From NCBI GenBank assembly GCA_053919585.1, contig CM132795.1: a DNA stretch of 64,000 bases; one strand, written 5' to 3'. The notes under the pieces were generated by a model. It searched no databases, was not told the DNA's origin, and saw only the letters and a list, made by a program, of their open reading frames with translations. Of this stretch, positions 52,255-64,000 are shown one piece after another. Every line of letters begins with the position of its first letter. Position 1 is the first letter of the stretch. A program made the position numbers and the translations under genes. Source of the DNA: Euprymna scolopes. Its lineage: Eukaryota.

Positions 52255-52934
52255 ATGACAAAAACAATTTTCGTAGCGCAAAATCAATCACTTAATTATT
52301 ATATCAATCAATGAATCTATTATGCCCTTAACTCATCAGAAGGAATAGCAACAACCAATTCGTCATAAGGAAATGAAGTCTGATTTTACTTTTTCAACTA
52401 TGACTGATTTAGTTAAAACTATCATAAGTTCTAGCAATACAAAAATAAACAAAGAGACAAATGTAGGAGGATTATTAAATAATCAAAACAATGAAGTGGA
52501 TTCATTTTGCAACCACAGGAATATTGACAATGTCTATTAGAACGTAAATGTCTCATTTACAATGTAGTATATAAATGTGATGTAACAAATTATAACAGAA
52601 CTAGAACATATATTGGGGGCCACAAATTGTAGCTTTAAAGAAAGATTCAATATCTATACAGCATCCTTCGAAATACCACATGTCAACAATAAGAAGAAAA
52701 CAACATCATTAGCAAATTAGATTAAGGAATTAAGGAAAAACAAAATTGAATGCAAATTGAAATGCTCGATATTGGGTAGTGCTAGTAAATACGCACCAAA
52801 CAAGTCTGTAACGTTTGCAATCTCGAATCATATCATATAATAATATCCAAAGAAAACCTTAACAAACGACAGGAAGTAATTCAAAACTGTTTACATAAAT
52901 CAAAGTATGTATTATCTCGACTAAAACCTGATTA
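52255..52934 (+). mobile_element. Penelope-like element ORF 3' end (Naiad-type GIY-YIG endonuclease), frameshifted
   Basis: FCNHRN..CLLERKCLIYNVVYKCDV..TYIG..FKERF..TTSLA..CNVCNLE..LNKRQEVIQNCLHKSKY..*. Confidence 0.85.
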
Positions 52935-55276
52935 GTAAAATCATTAAATTGAAATTGAATTAACGTACGTAGCACGTAAAGTTAATTTTGATTTATTCAG
53001 ATTAATATATAGGTTGAGAATAAAAATGAAAATAATAAAAATAAAGAAATAATAATGTTTAGGTAAACCAATCTAAATCAAATATAACAATGATTTTAAT
53101 GATAATTTAAACAGAAAATAAAAAGGAAAGGGTATGAATTTATGTTGTACTATATTATATGATTTCAAAATATCATGATAAGATATAATATAAATAGTAT
53201 TAAATTCTATAATAGTAATTTATAATTGGTTTAATTAGATGTAATAAGAAACCGATGGGCTTAAATAAAACATGATTCTGAAAATAGATTAGAAGAAAAA
53301 ATATATGAAACTGCCATAATAGGATAATTTTAAGTATTTTATATATGGAGATAAATACTTAATATAAATATAATTAGCTAATGAAAATAAATAGAATATA
53401 TAAAACTTTATAAACTAATTAATAAGGCCAAATGAATTTAGATGATGATAGCATATTGGATGGCAAAATATATGTAAATTGATATTTAATATGAACAATG
53501 AAGTTAAGTATGTTAATATATTTCACATAATATAGTACTTAATTGTAGAGTAATTAAAAAATATTATAAAATTAGTTGCGGAGGAAAAAGTAAATATTAA
53601 ATTAGTATAGGGAATAGTAATGGATCATGATATAACATCTAGTTTGATAGTAATGTTTATAAATGTTAAAGTCACGTTTACTAAGTAAGGAAGTTTATGG
53701 ATTGGAAAAACAAATTGTAATAATCATAATATTACAAATGTATTTAGTAATCAGATTCCGAATATTGACCTAAAAATAAAATGTATATGCTGTAACAAGT
53801 GATTATTATTTGATTGATAAGTGGTTTCAAATATATGATCCAAATGAGTTAATTGTAAGAATAAATGTAAAAATCAATGTTATAGTTATAAGATATATCG
53901 CTTGAACATCTATAAGATAAACTATATATTTTTTAATATATATACACATTAACTTAACGTCTAGAAATGCATTTCGGAATTATTAGTTAAATTTAAGGTG
54001 AAAAAAAAAAATTAAAAGTACATACGATAGGGGGGGGTGACTGCATAAGAAAAATTGTAGGTAGACATGGTCTATAATTTTAGGTCTAAACAATATTTAT
54101 AAATCTTATTTAACTTAAATTAAAATTAGAATTAGATTTCGCTAAAATATAAATTCATTTAATCATAACTAAAATAACATGCTATCAGATTAGGGAACTC
54201 TGAAACCTAATTATAAGAGAATTAGCATATATCCAATGTTAAACTAAAATTATACTTAAATAAGTAACAAGTTCGTAAATTGTTTATTAATACTAGATTG
54301 TCGAATGTTGAACTGTTTAAAGTGTGTGAAATGTAAAAATTAAAAATATTGCTTTCAAAATAAATAATTATGATAGTGGTGATATTGATAATAAATAATA
54401 TAAATAAATATATAAATAAATAAATTAAAATTAAGGTAAATATAAGTAACCAATTCAACATTAGTAGAAATGATCTATAACTTAATAACTGACTATCGAT
54501 TGAAATAATTTATATGTTATATTGGACAGATTAGTGAATTAATTTATAGCATAAATTGATTTAATTTTTTAATAACATTAAGTAAAAGACATTAGAACTA
54601 TATTAAAATTACTTATTAATTGAATATGGATGACTATGGGTTGGGAATGTTTATAGTATGAATGGTAAAAAAAAATAAAAAATAAATAAATACAAGTTTA
54701 GATATCGTAGTTTTGATCCAAGGGAGGTAACTCTATCTCACTTTAAATTAAATTAATATTTACTATTTTGAATTACGATAAACAAAGGAGTTTTCAGCAA
54801 ATTTTTAAAATTAACCTAACGTAATTATAGCTTTTGAATTAAATGATTCTAAGAAATATAACCGGAATAATAATAAGCTTGATTATAAGAGCCAACTGAA
54901 TTGAATAATGAATGGTTTTCAGTTCGAATCAATTGATTATTTATGATAATCGTAAAGATCAATCGTTTTTTTTGTCTTTGTTTAGTTTCGCAAATGCAAA
55001 CATGTATAATAGTTTATAATTTATTTATGTTATTTTCATAAGTATGTATACACAAATTAGAATTAATAAATTTACTAATTATTAAATACAACATTTTGGT
55101 AGCAGAGTCATAAATTAATGTAGATGATTAGTACGAAAAGTTGGGTGTAGTGGCTTTGTTTGATAAAATTCAAAATGGCGTAATGGAAACATATTAAAGG
55201 TATATGCAGCTTCTCTTCAAATTTTCAGATTTTAATCATGTCGTTCATTTCGTTATGGCGAATTGATTGTTGCTAT

Positions 55277-55367
55277 TTCTTCTGATGGGTTAAAGGCATA
55301 ATAGTTCACTAATTGATATAATAATTAAGTGATTGATTTTGTGCTACGAAACTGACACTGTCAAGAA
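55277..55367 (+). ncRNA. Type I hammerhead with a long stem II (family E); probable PLE pseudo-LTR ribozyme
   Basis: TTCTT(55277-81)-CTGATGG-59-nt hairpin (GT..GCATAA..TCACTAATT / AATTAAGTGA..TTGTGC.AC)-GAAA(55348-51)-CTGACACT-GTC-AAGAA. The 3' part is repeated at 55850-55952 with a better stem III (ACAG/CTGT). Confidence 0.65.
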
Positions 55368-55398
55368 TTGTAAAAGAATTAAAGGAATAAATTATAAG

Positions 55399-55850
55399 TG
55401 ATACCGTATGATCTGATTTTCCTGAGGAGACCCTCATGCCATACCCTGTCAAAAGCCTTAGATATATCTAGAGCTACCGCTCTGCCCTTCCCCGCCTTGT
55501 CCAGTGAATGGTATATACGTTCAGAGATTAGAGTTAGGATGTCTGCTGTGGAACGGGCTTGTCTAAATCCATATTGTTGGTCAGTCAGAAGTTTAGCATC
55601 TATAGTATTGGACTAGAGCATGGTTAATTAAGGTCTCAAATATTTTGGCAAAAAGTGGGAGGAGGCTAATGGGGCGATAATTTACTGGGTCAGTTTTTTC
55701 ACCAGAATTCTGGAGTACTGGTACCACAGAAGCAGTTTTCCAACAGCCCGGAAAGCAAGATTCATTAAGGCATTTGTTGTAAAGTTTGGAGAGAACTGGA
55801 GCTACTTCGGCTGAGCACTTTTTTAATAGCACAGCTGGGATGAGATCAGG
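55399..55850 (-). mobile_element. Internal RT fragment of another CR1/L2-group LINE, with no termini
   Basis: PDLIPAVLLKKC..NYRPISLLP..QQYGFRQARST..ALDISKAFDRVWH. Confidence 0.9.
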
Positions 55851-55995
55851 TTCACTTAATTGATACAATAATTAACTGAATGATTTTGTGCTACGAAACA
55901 GATACTGTCAAGAATTGTAAATGTCAACTGAATTAAAGGAATAAATTATAAGGTGGTCAAGATCATGAATTTTGCAATATAGTTTTTGCCTTTAT

Positions 55996-56052
<57 letters not shown>

Positions 56053-56096
56053 AGTTTTAAAAATTACGCACTGTCGAACTAAATACTAAAAATAGA

Positions 56097-56246
56097 TACA
56101 TAAAATGTTATGTAGATTCATAAAATACTACTACTATTATAACTACTACTAATACATATATACATATATATATATGTATATATATATATTAGTAGTAGTT
56201 ATAATAATAGTAGTAGTAGTATTTTATGTATCTACATAAAATTTTA

Positions 56247-56250
<4 letters not shown>
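56097..56250. repeat. Palindrome centred on a (TA)n tract
   Basis: TACATAAAAT.TTATGTAGAT.CATAAAATACTACTACTATTAT.. is mirrored on the far side of the (TA)n. Confidence 0.8.
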
Positions 56251-56296
<46 letters not shown>

Positions 56297-56299
<3 letters not shown>

Positions 56300-56830
56300 T
56301 GTTGTTAGGGGGGCGAACTTTAAATTGACAACTCTATTTTCTTTAATTGCAGATTTATCAACTGTCGGTTATTTTAGTTGCGTTTGATTTGACAATTCAT
56401 CAAAAAAAGACTGATTCGCAAATTGTCAATGATACAATCACTTTACTGACAGAAACATTTGATACACGAATAATTTAATGAAATGTAGCTATCAACACTG
56501 GTCACATCGTTTATGTGATTTAACCTCATTAGATTATTTTCTTTGGATAAGTAAAGTCCTATGTCTATGCTAAGAAACCAGACATGATAGACCACTTAGA
56601 ATACAATCTTTGACACAGAGTCTAATTTAATGCATAAATTTTGTGAAAATCGAACCTTTAGATCACGCCATATATGCGCAAGCCGTGTGGAGGGGCGTGT
56701 ATACCTTAAATTGTATTTAAATTATAAATGCCGAAAGTTAAACTTTGGAATAAACAACATATTTGTATAATAAAAATATGCTTCTGAGGTTTATTTTAAT
56801 TTAAAGTTCGCCGTCTCTAAAAAAACACTT
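56297..56830 (+). mobile_element. Internally deleted Tc1/mariner element, DD41D (rosa)-like
   Basis: TIRs CAGTGTTGTTAG..GGCGAACTTTAAATT / AATTTAAAGTTCGCC..CTAAAAAAACACT; remnant CDLTSLDYFLW. Confidence 0.72.
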
Positions 56831-57299
56831 TTTTTTACATGTTTGTTCATTTGCTACTTTATCTGACGATAATTTGATGAGGAATCGNNNNNNNNNNNNN
56901 NNNNNNNNNNNNNNNNNNNNNNNNNNNNNNNNNNNNNNNNNNNNNNNNNNNNNNNNNNNNNNNNNNNNNNNNNNNNNNNNNNNNNNNNNNNNNNNNNNNN
57001 NNNNNNNNNNNNNNNNNNNNNNNNNNNNNNNATTTTCTTAAGGCGCTTTTCATCTGAATTTTGAAAAGAAAATGTCAGACTATGATGCTAACAATTAAAA
57101 ATTAAAGCAAAATCGAATAAATAAGAAGGAGTGGGCGAGGAAGTGAAAAAAATGTAAATTTATCAAGAATCAGATTAATTCCATAAATTTTAAATTTTCC
57201 TATGATTCTTTCTACATACACAACCAGAAAGGTCAAAAGATAATAATAATCGTCTCAAGAATATTTACATGAAAGTTCAATCTAATCTTATCCGACACC

Positions 57300-58222
57300 G
57301 TTATAACCACTCATCAGAATATTCGTTGGAACTAGCTACAATCACTACCAACAATTTTCCTCACTCTTTATCTGTTCCCAAATCTAGACATAGATCCCAT
57401 AAACAAAGCTACTTCCCTAGAAATGTCCGCACATGGAACACTGTTCCAATGGCCTGCTTCCAATATGTTTTTTTTCTTTTTTTTTTTACACAGTGGTCAC
57501 CACTTAACAAGGCCCGGAAGCCACTCAGGGATAAGGGTTATTGCAAGTACATTACGTTAGTGTGGAGATTTGATGAAGTGTTTACTTAAGGGGGCGGTTC
57601 ATTAGGAATTTGTTAACGTTGGACTTGAAGACATCCAAGTTGTAGTCAGGTGGGAAGCAGGCAGACGGACAGAGTTCCACAGGCGTGCAGTTCTAAGAAA
57701 GAAGCTTTGTTCATGGAATCCATGTTTTGATTTAGGCACAGATAAAGAGTGGGTGACATTTTTCACAGTGGATTCAGTTGGACGGGTGTTTTTCGTGAAA
57801 GATTGGCGAGGGGGGACCAGAGATTGGAGTTCAGACGGGCACCTGCCATGGAAATAACGATAAAACAATGATAGGCTCGCAACGTCTTATCTGTGGGAGA
57901 GAGGTTGCAGGGTAGAGAAAAGGGCATCCCCCACTAAGCCGCGAAGTCTATTTTGTACTCTGTCAAGACAGGATAGGCTGTTTTTAGCAGCTCCTGCTCA
58001 GATATGGCAGCAGTATTCCATCCAAGGATGGAATACTGCTGCCATACTGGTATCCTTCAAGTTTAATGTAAACAAGTTCTTGTTGAGCCGTCCCCTTAAA
58101 TAATCCAAATTCTACCCCAGCTGCACCATTAACGATTACTAAACTACCACCTTACATTTATTAACTCTTATCCTCAAGTGGCCTTCGGGTCTTGATAAGT
58201 AATAACTCTTTTGTAAAAAAAA
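57300..58222. mobile_element. Cluster of LINE 3' fragments (+ 57300-57460; - 57467-58023; + 58024-58222)
   Basis: RT C-terminal motifs, two 3' stem-loops with tails, and a 21-bp foldback at 58003-58046. Confidence 0.85.
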
Positions 58223-58659
58223 TTGTAGTGCATAAATTGCTTCTGATGGTAGAATTGTGGATCTATAAGTTCTCAGTTTATTTAGCATGTCTAATTATCA
58301 ACCCAAATAGACAGTAGAAACCGGAAGTCAAAAGGTTTAGACAATCTGGACTATATGCAACTACTCTTAGCTATAGTAAATAGTGAATAGAAAACAGCAT
58401 TTAGTGGAAAAGATATTATTCATGATAACTTGGTCATCTGGACTTAGCCATAAAAATCATAGAAATCTTAGATGAACCAATAAATTTCACACTATTCAAA
58501 TTTGCAATTTTCTATTAAGTAGTAATATCATTTATAATATTAAGATAAATCTCAGCGATTTTACCGAGTGTGGCATAGAGTGTATTACTGGAACAGATCT
58601 TAAGAGTATGATGGGTAAGAGTTTTAATATGATTATTTTTTCCAATTTTGGAAAATCAA

Positions 58660-59960
58660 TTTAAATGCTAAACTTCTCTCTGGCCAATAGTATTGATTTA
58701 GGCTGCTAAATTTTTACTGTAGATATTTACTGCACACTGAATAAGACAGTTGAAGCCAAGGCAGTTGCATCCAATATATGCAAGGTCTTTGACAAAGTCA
58801 AGCATAAAAGTCTTCTCATAAGAATACACTCGTATGGTATTACGGAAGGATTTTACTGAATTGGGCATAAAGTGTATTATTATTATAGATATTAAAAGGG
58901 TGATGGGGGAGAGAGTTCCAATAAAATTTCCTTATTACGAAATTCTTACCAACAGTATGGATTTAGACTGCAGAAATCATAATTGTCATCTCTGAACATA
59001 TTTACTGCACACTAGAGCAGTTGTGTTCAATATTTTCAAAGCCTTTGATAACAACATAAAGGTCTTCTCAGGAAAATCAACGCATACGGTTTTATCGAAT
59101 AAATATATAATATGGCAGAAATCATTCTCGATGATTGTATATGCAAAAAAAAAGAAAACATCACATCAATCTGGTGGGTGCCCTAGAGATTTTGGACCTA
59201 TATTATTCTTAATCTTCAGAAACAATATCTCTGATGCAATCACGTATGAGATGGGCGAATCATCTATTTACGGCATGAGGACAAACCAGATGCTTACACA
59301 AGCAATGGCTGAATCTTTAGAAAATAATTTTTAGTTGAATTAATGAAAGTAAGACAATATTTTTTTCTTTAACAACTACAAGAAACGTTTCCATGACCGA
59401 TAACATGCTTACGAAGAGTTCAATATTCAAACATATTGGCCGGACATTGTCAGGCAAAATGAAGTGGACAAAATAGAAGGCACTTCTTACATAAAGAAAG
59501 TAGCCTCCATTTTCCACACTAGACAAATTCTTACACCTGCCAGTACTCTATACCGCTATAAAGCCACGATTCGCCCGTGTGTGGGTTATTGTTGCCACAT
59601 GTGGTCTAGTGCACTAACCACTAGTCTTTCCCGCATAGAGTGCAGAAATATTTTTATCTAATAATTCCTGTACTTTCTGCCAAGCTCGAGTCCCTGTCGC
59701 ATCACCACATTGTTGCATCCCTGCACTTGTTTTACAAGAAGTTCCATAAAATGTGCTTCTATGCCTTGAGCCATTCGACTAAAATAAAATCACACCTGTT
59801 TCCTTAAGAGGCTTCTTAATGCCCGAAGATTCTCTACTTTAGTAACTCTTTCTTAAACCATTTGTCTTTGGAATTCTCTCCCTACCCCCTGTTTCGCTGA
59901 TTATACCAACGTGAATAAATTTAAATATAATATGAATCGATATTTTTCTGCCTAACTCCC
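58660..59960 (+). mobile_element. Old decayed CR1/L2-group LINE RT and C-terminus
   Basis: NIFKAFD, FGPILFLIF, YKATIRPCVGYCCHMW, LESLSHH; its 5' part is tandemly duplicated. Confidence 0.7.
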
Positions 59961-60058
59961 TAGACAGGTGGCCCTTATAAATCCGGCTCCTATCACAGTA
60001 ACCCCTAATACTTCTGTGGCAATTCTGCGGCAATATGCTTTGCATGGGGTATAGAAAG

Positions 60059-60149
<91 letters not shown>

Positions 60150-60481
60150 AATAAAAACAGTTTATTAATTTTTTTAAATGGGTAATATTTTCAAACGAAA
60201 TGTAAAAATTATATTAAAGTACGAATATTTCCAGGCAAAGCCAATCATTGTAAACTAGTTCAATAAATATTTAAGTTAATGGCATCAGATTGAAGTGTCA
60301 TTAGTTTTTGTGAACAAGGCGATTAGAGAACATTCACTTATTAAATATGCATGTGTAATTTGTAGTGGCAAAATGCTGCTAAATAATTTACCTGTTCACC
60401 AAACTACATCATACAAATGTCAGCAGAAATTAACTTGAAATATCAGTATTGCTTTTAAAAAAGATGGCAACGTTTTCCAAG

Positions 60482-61010
60482 CGAGGGTAGTTCCAAAAGT
60501 ATTGTATCTTATTTTGAAGTAAAAAAAAAAGTTGGAGAACCACGGAAATGGGAGTTAAAACAAGCAATTTTTTATGCTCTAAAATATATTTTTCTACATA
60601 GTCACCACCATTCACAATGCACTTTTGCCAACAATGGGGCGGTGACTTTGCATGGTCGTCCGGAGCGCATTTTGTCATACACGTCTATATCGCCACTTTG
60701 AAATCGACGAACGCATCTTCTAACTGTGCTGACTCAACTGCATCGGCTTTTGTAAACGTTCAACAGGCGCCGATGAATGTTTATCAGCTCAATTGTTCCG
60801 GCATGGAGGAATTCAATGACGCATCTCTGCATCATGACACATGTTCATGACAGAGGCTGCTTTCTTACACACTGTCAATATCTGCAGCAGAGAGATGGAA
60901 CTTTAAGTTCATGAATGCATGGTCAATCATCATAACAATGCACTTTGCAGTCCCCTCTGATCCATTCGGGCGGAAAAAAACTATGAGATTTTACTTTTGG
61001 AACGGCCCTT
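60482..61010 (-). mobile_element. Internally deleted mariner element
   Basis: TIRs GAGGGTAGTTCCAAAAGTA / TACTTTTGGAACGGCCCT; N-terminal QRCVIEFL..IHRRLLNVY..RSGRP joined to C-terminal WQKCIVNGGDYVEK. Confidence 0.85.
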
Positions 61011-62229
61011 TTATCAATGTTAACGAAGTAATGAAAAACGTATGTCGCTACTATTTGAAATACGGATACATATTTGTAAAGGTATAATGGTTGACTGACT
61101 CTTTTGTCCGTCCATTTTCTTGATTAATTTAGTCTATAAAAAATATAATTCAATCTTTTCAGTATTGTTGGTTATCATGAATTTTCCTCATTAATTTTAT
61201 CTATTTTCTTCACAACTTTGATGACTATCTCTAACTTCTTTTCAAAGAGTGTAGTCCCTCCTCCCATAGATGGCAATTCTGTCGCTTGTTTGAATTCTAC
61301 CTTGTTTGAATTGTGTCCGACTTCTCCACCGATCTAACAACCGCCCACTGAACTTTGCACAAGGTCACATCTCTCAAGCCATGACAAAGGAAATCGAATG
61401 CTCATTGATTGTTCCTCTCTTGATTAATGGTTGTAGCAAGATAATATTTGACCACCGCATGTTGGCTAGTTCTTTCAACTTTCTTATAACCCAATGCTCT
61501 CCAACGTCTATCATTCTAACTTCATTACACAAAGGTTGCCATCTTATTCAATGCATGTTCACTTATACCAATTTATAAAGTATGGTCACATATTAGAGCT
61601 TTCATTGTTATTCAGGTTTTATTCTTTGGGAAGCAAAAGATGAATCCTGTTTCTATTCATGAACATAAATGTGCCATTATATACATCGTTCTTGGTAAAG
61701 TCTTCTTCAAGTAATGAATTTTATTTCTTCCTTTGTTTTTAGGGCAAGGGTTAGGGCAAGGCTTAGGCAACGACCTTTTGTTTACAGCTTAGATATTTTA
61801 TATATCGTATATAATCTAATGGCTACATAACTTTATGGGGTGAGAATGCTCCCCTCATCAGATAAAAGAACTAGTGATCAAATTATATAGCAATATTTAT
61901 ATAAATTTATAACCCCCCTATATAAAATTATTTAATTATGCACTTATTTACAAAACACTATAACACTCATCCGGTGTTGTTTGAAAATAAACGAGAACTC
62001 CTGTAAACAGGATTCCACATTCAACCTCGGACAATGTTGGGTGCGTCTAAACTAGTAAACAAAAGAAAAGTAAAGATCAGCCGAACTTGTGTTCGAGAGA
62101 AGCTCAGCCATTGGCCATTGAAAACAGTAACTCATTGGAAGAAATAACAACGTATTTGATTTGTGAGCTAGCTAAACTAAACATCATGTGGTTATATAAA
62201 AACAATAAATGACAAAAATTCTATACATT

Positions 62230-62306
62230 TAGTCTGACAATTCACTAAGGGAATGAAATGTGGGCACCTAAGTGTAGCTTAATTGCCATAAACATATTTT
62301 AAAGCT

Positions 62307-62310
<4 letters not shown>
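62230..62310 (+). repeat. Decayed copy of HHR family C
   Basis: CTGACAA-TTC..GAAT-GAAA..GTGTAGCTTAATTGCCATA..CTTACT. Confidence 0.55.
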
Positions 62311-62360
<50 letters not shown>

Positions 62361-62562
62361 CTATATATTCGGAAACTACTGGCCAATCTGGCATGAGCCT
62401 TTGTTATGATAAGGTGAATCGAACTTAATATTTTGATATCAATTTGATGCACTGTTACGGATTAGTAGAGATTAGTATTTAATGAAAAATGAGCACAAAT
62501 TTAACCATATTCAACCATCAATTTGTCATAAAGCACTCAATAGTAGCCAATAAATTTTGCCC

Positions 62563-62603
<41 letters not shown>

Positions 62604-63912
62604 GAAAAAAGATTATAAATTATTGCTAAGTAGATTATAAATTAAAACATTTATAGTTCGATACAAGGAATACAAATGCAATTTTCTTTACTCTATAGAA
62701 TTTCAAAGAATGGATCTTCTCCTCAAAAGAAAAATATTTAGCAAAATGACAATAATAGGCTTACCATAATTTTGCTGGTCAGCACACAAATTGAAAACTT
62801 CAAAATGTGGGGCAGGGTCATTTTTTCGAAAACAATATATGTATATATAAGACTAAAGGATATACCACATGGCAACCACTATAAACATGGATGTAGGAGT
62901 ATCAAAATGCAAATAATGGTAATGACTTGGTTAACAGTAGTCGAATCATCTATTTTTCAAAGAATTAAATATATAACAAATAATGAAATAATAAATTTGG
63001 AATTTTAGCAAAACTTTTAGACAATATTGAGATTTATTTAAAAATAGTTTGTTTAACGAAATTATACTAATATTATGGGTATTATGACGCAAAAGTTTAA
63101 AAGCAGAACTATGAAATATATTAAGTATATTTTTTTTTATCATCAATTACAAAAAATAATACAATAAAATGATATTTTTCAATATTTTTTACTGCAGTTA
63201 ACAAATTTTGTTTGAATTTATTGGTATAATGGACCATAATATTTGACTTTAGTGCATAAAATGTAATTCTAACCATACTCTCGATCTGCCTAAGGAAATG
63301 CTTTAACATTATGACTTAATGTCAAAGTCTCTATAATGAACTAATATAGTTTCTGACTATTTTTATTTGATGCTATTTGTTATTATAGACTAGCAAGCCG
63401 CTTGGTGCTGTATTAGAAATAAGTGCGGATTCAGTTAAACGACGTATATATTTATTTATTGGTTTAATAATATTTATTGTTTTCAGAGTTAAAATGATCA
63501 TCATAATATGAGAAAAAATGTTCAGTGTGTTGTGTGTTGAGTTGTGTCTCTCTTGTCTTCATGAAGTCTCCTTATCAGCTTTCATTGAGATTCGCTGAGG
63601 AATTGTCACATAGAGAATGAGTAAACATTTTATGTTGTCCGTCATTTTCGACCATTTGTATATCTCTTATTTAGATCATCGGCGAGTGGATAGATATGAA
63701 TGCATTCTAATGTTTACAGGTTCTATCCCTCCTCGCGACACTTGTGACAATTCCTTAGGAATGAATATCATGGCTAAACTGAAGCCTTGTGAATGAAATT
63801 GGATACACTAAAACTTTCCAGACTGCTAAATCAAGAAACTACACAAGAGATATCCATCATGCAACACTCCCCATAATTTGAACATGATTATAGAGATCAT
63901 TTACCAATAAGA

Positions 63913-64000
63913 TACCGTACTTTGGGGTAATTGCGCCAAGTCCGGGGTAATTGTGCCAACTAGCTAAAAGTGCTCTTTTGGCAAACACACGTATAAGGAG
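63913..64000. mobile_element. Probable DNA-transposon terminus running out of the window
   Basis: TA|CCGTAC.. followed by a doubled motif GGGGTAATTG(C/T)GCCAA. Confidence 0.35.

Noticed and set aside
52935-55100. Mitochondrial insertion (NUMT) suggested by extreme AT content
   Set aside because: No mitochondrial gene, rRNA or tRNA motif recognised.
9285-57053. ORFs containing runs of X
   Set aside because: Artefacts of translating through N-gaps.
61820-61870. Minus-strand CTGATGA-GGGG..CCCC-ATAAA..GTA
   Set aside because: Stem II is plausible, but GAAA and stem I are absent; too decayed to call. The same applies to about 51594-51640.

Overview
This is an AT-rich animal genomic window, most likely from an invertebrate, with 12 short N-gaps and abundant (TA)n/(CA)n microsatellites. 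I can support no intact host protein-coding gene; the window is almost entirely decayed mobile DNA. It contains a reconstructable APE-RT LINE of the CR1/L2 group (2427-6650) carrying nested insertions, about 15 further fragments of that family and relatives, and R4/Dong-like and RTE-like relics. It also holds Tc1/mariner relics of four types, a hAT transposase relic, non-autonomous Helitron-like elements, MITEs and palindromes, a 41-bp minisatellite, a 5S rRNA-derived sequence and two Penelope-like (Naiad-type GIY-YIG) relics. The most notable signal is invisible in the ORF track: about ten type I hammerhead ribozyme motifs from several unrelated families. Several sit directly downstream of tRNA-like Pol III promoter heads (A/B boxes), and one appears to be a 5S+tRNA+hammerhead chimera. 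Others bracket a Penelope-like element, whose 3' hammerhead region is duplicated around a foreign LINE fragment. All calls were made by eye; boundaries are approximate and no alignment or folding was computed.
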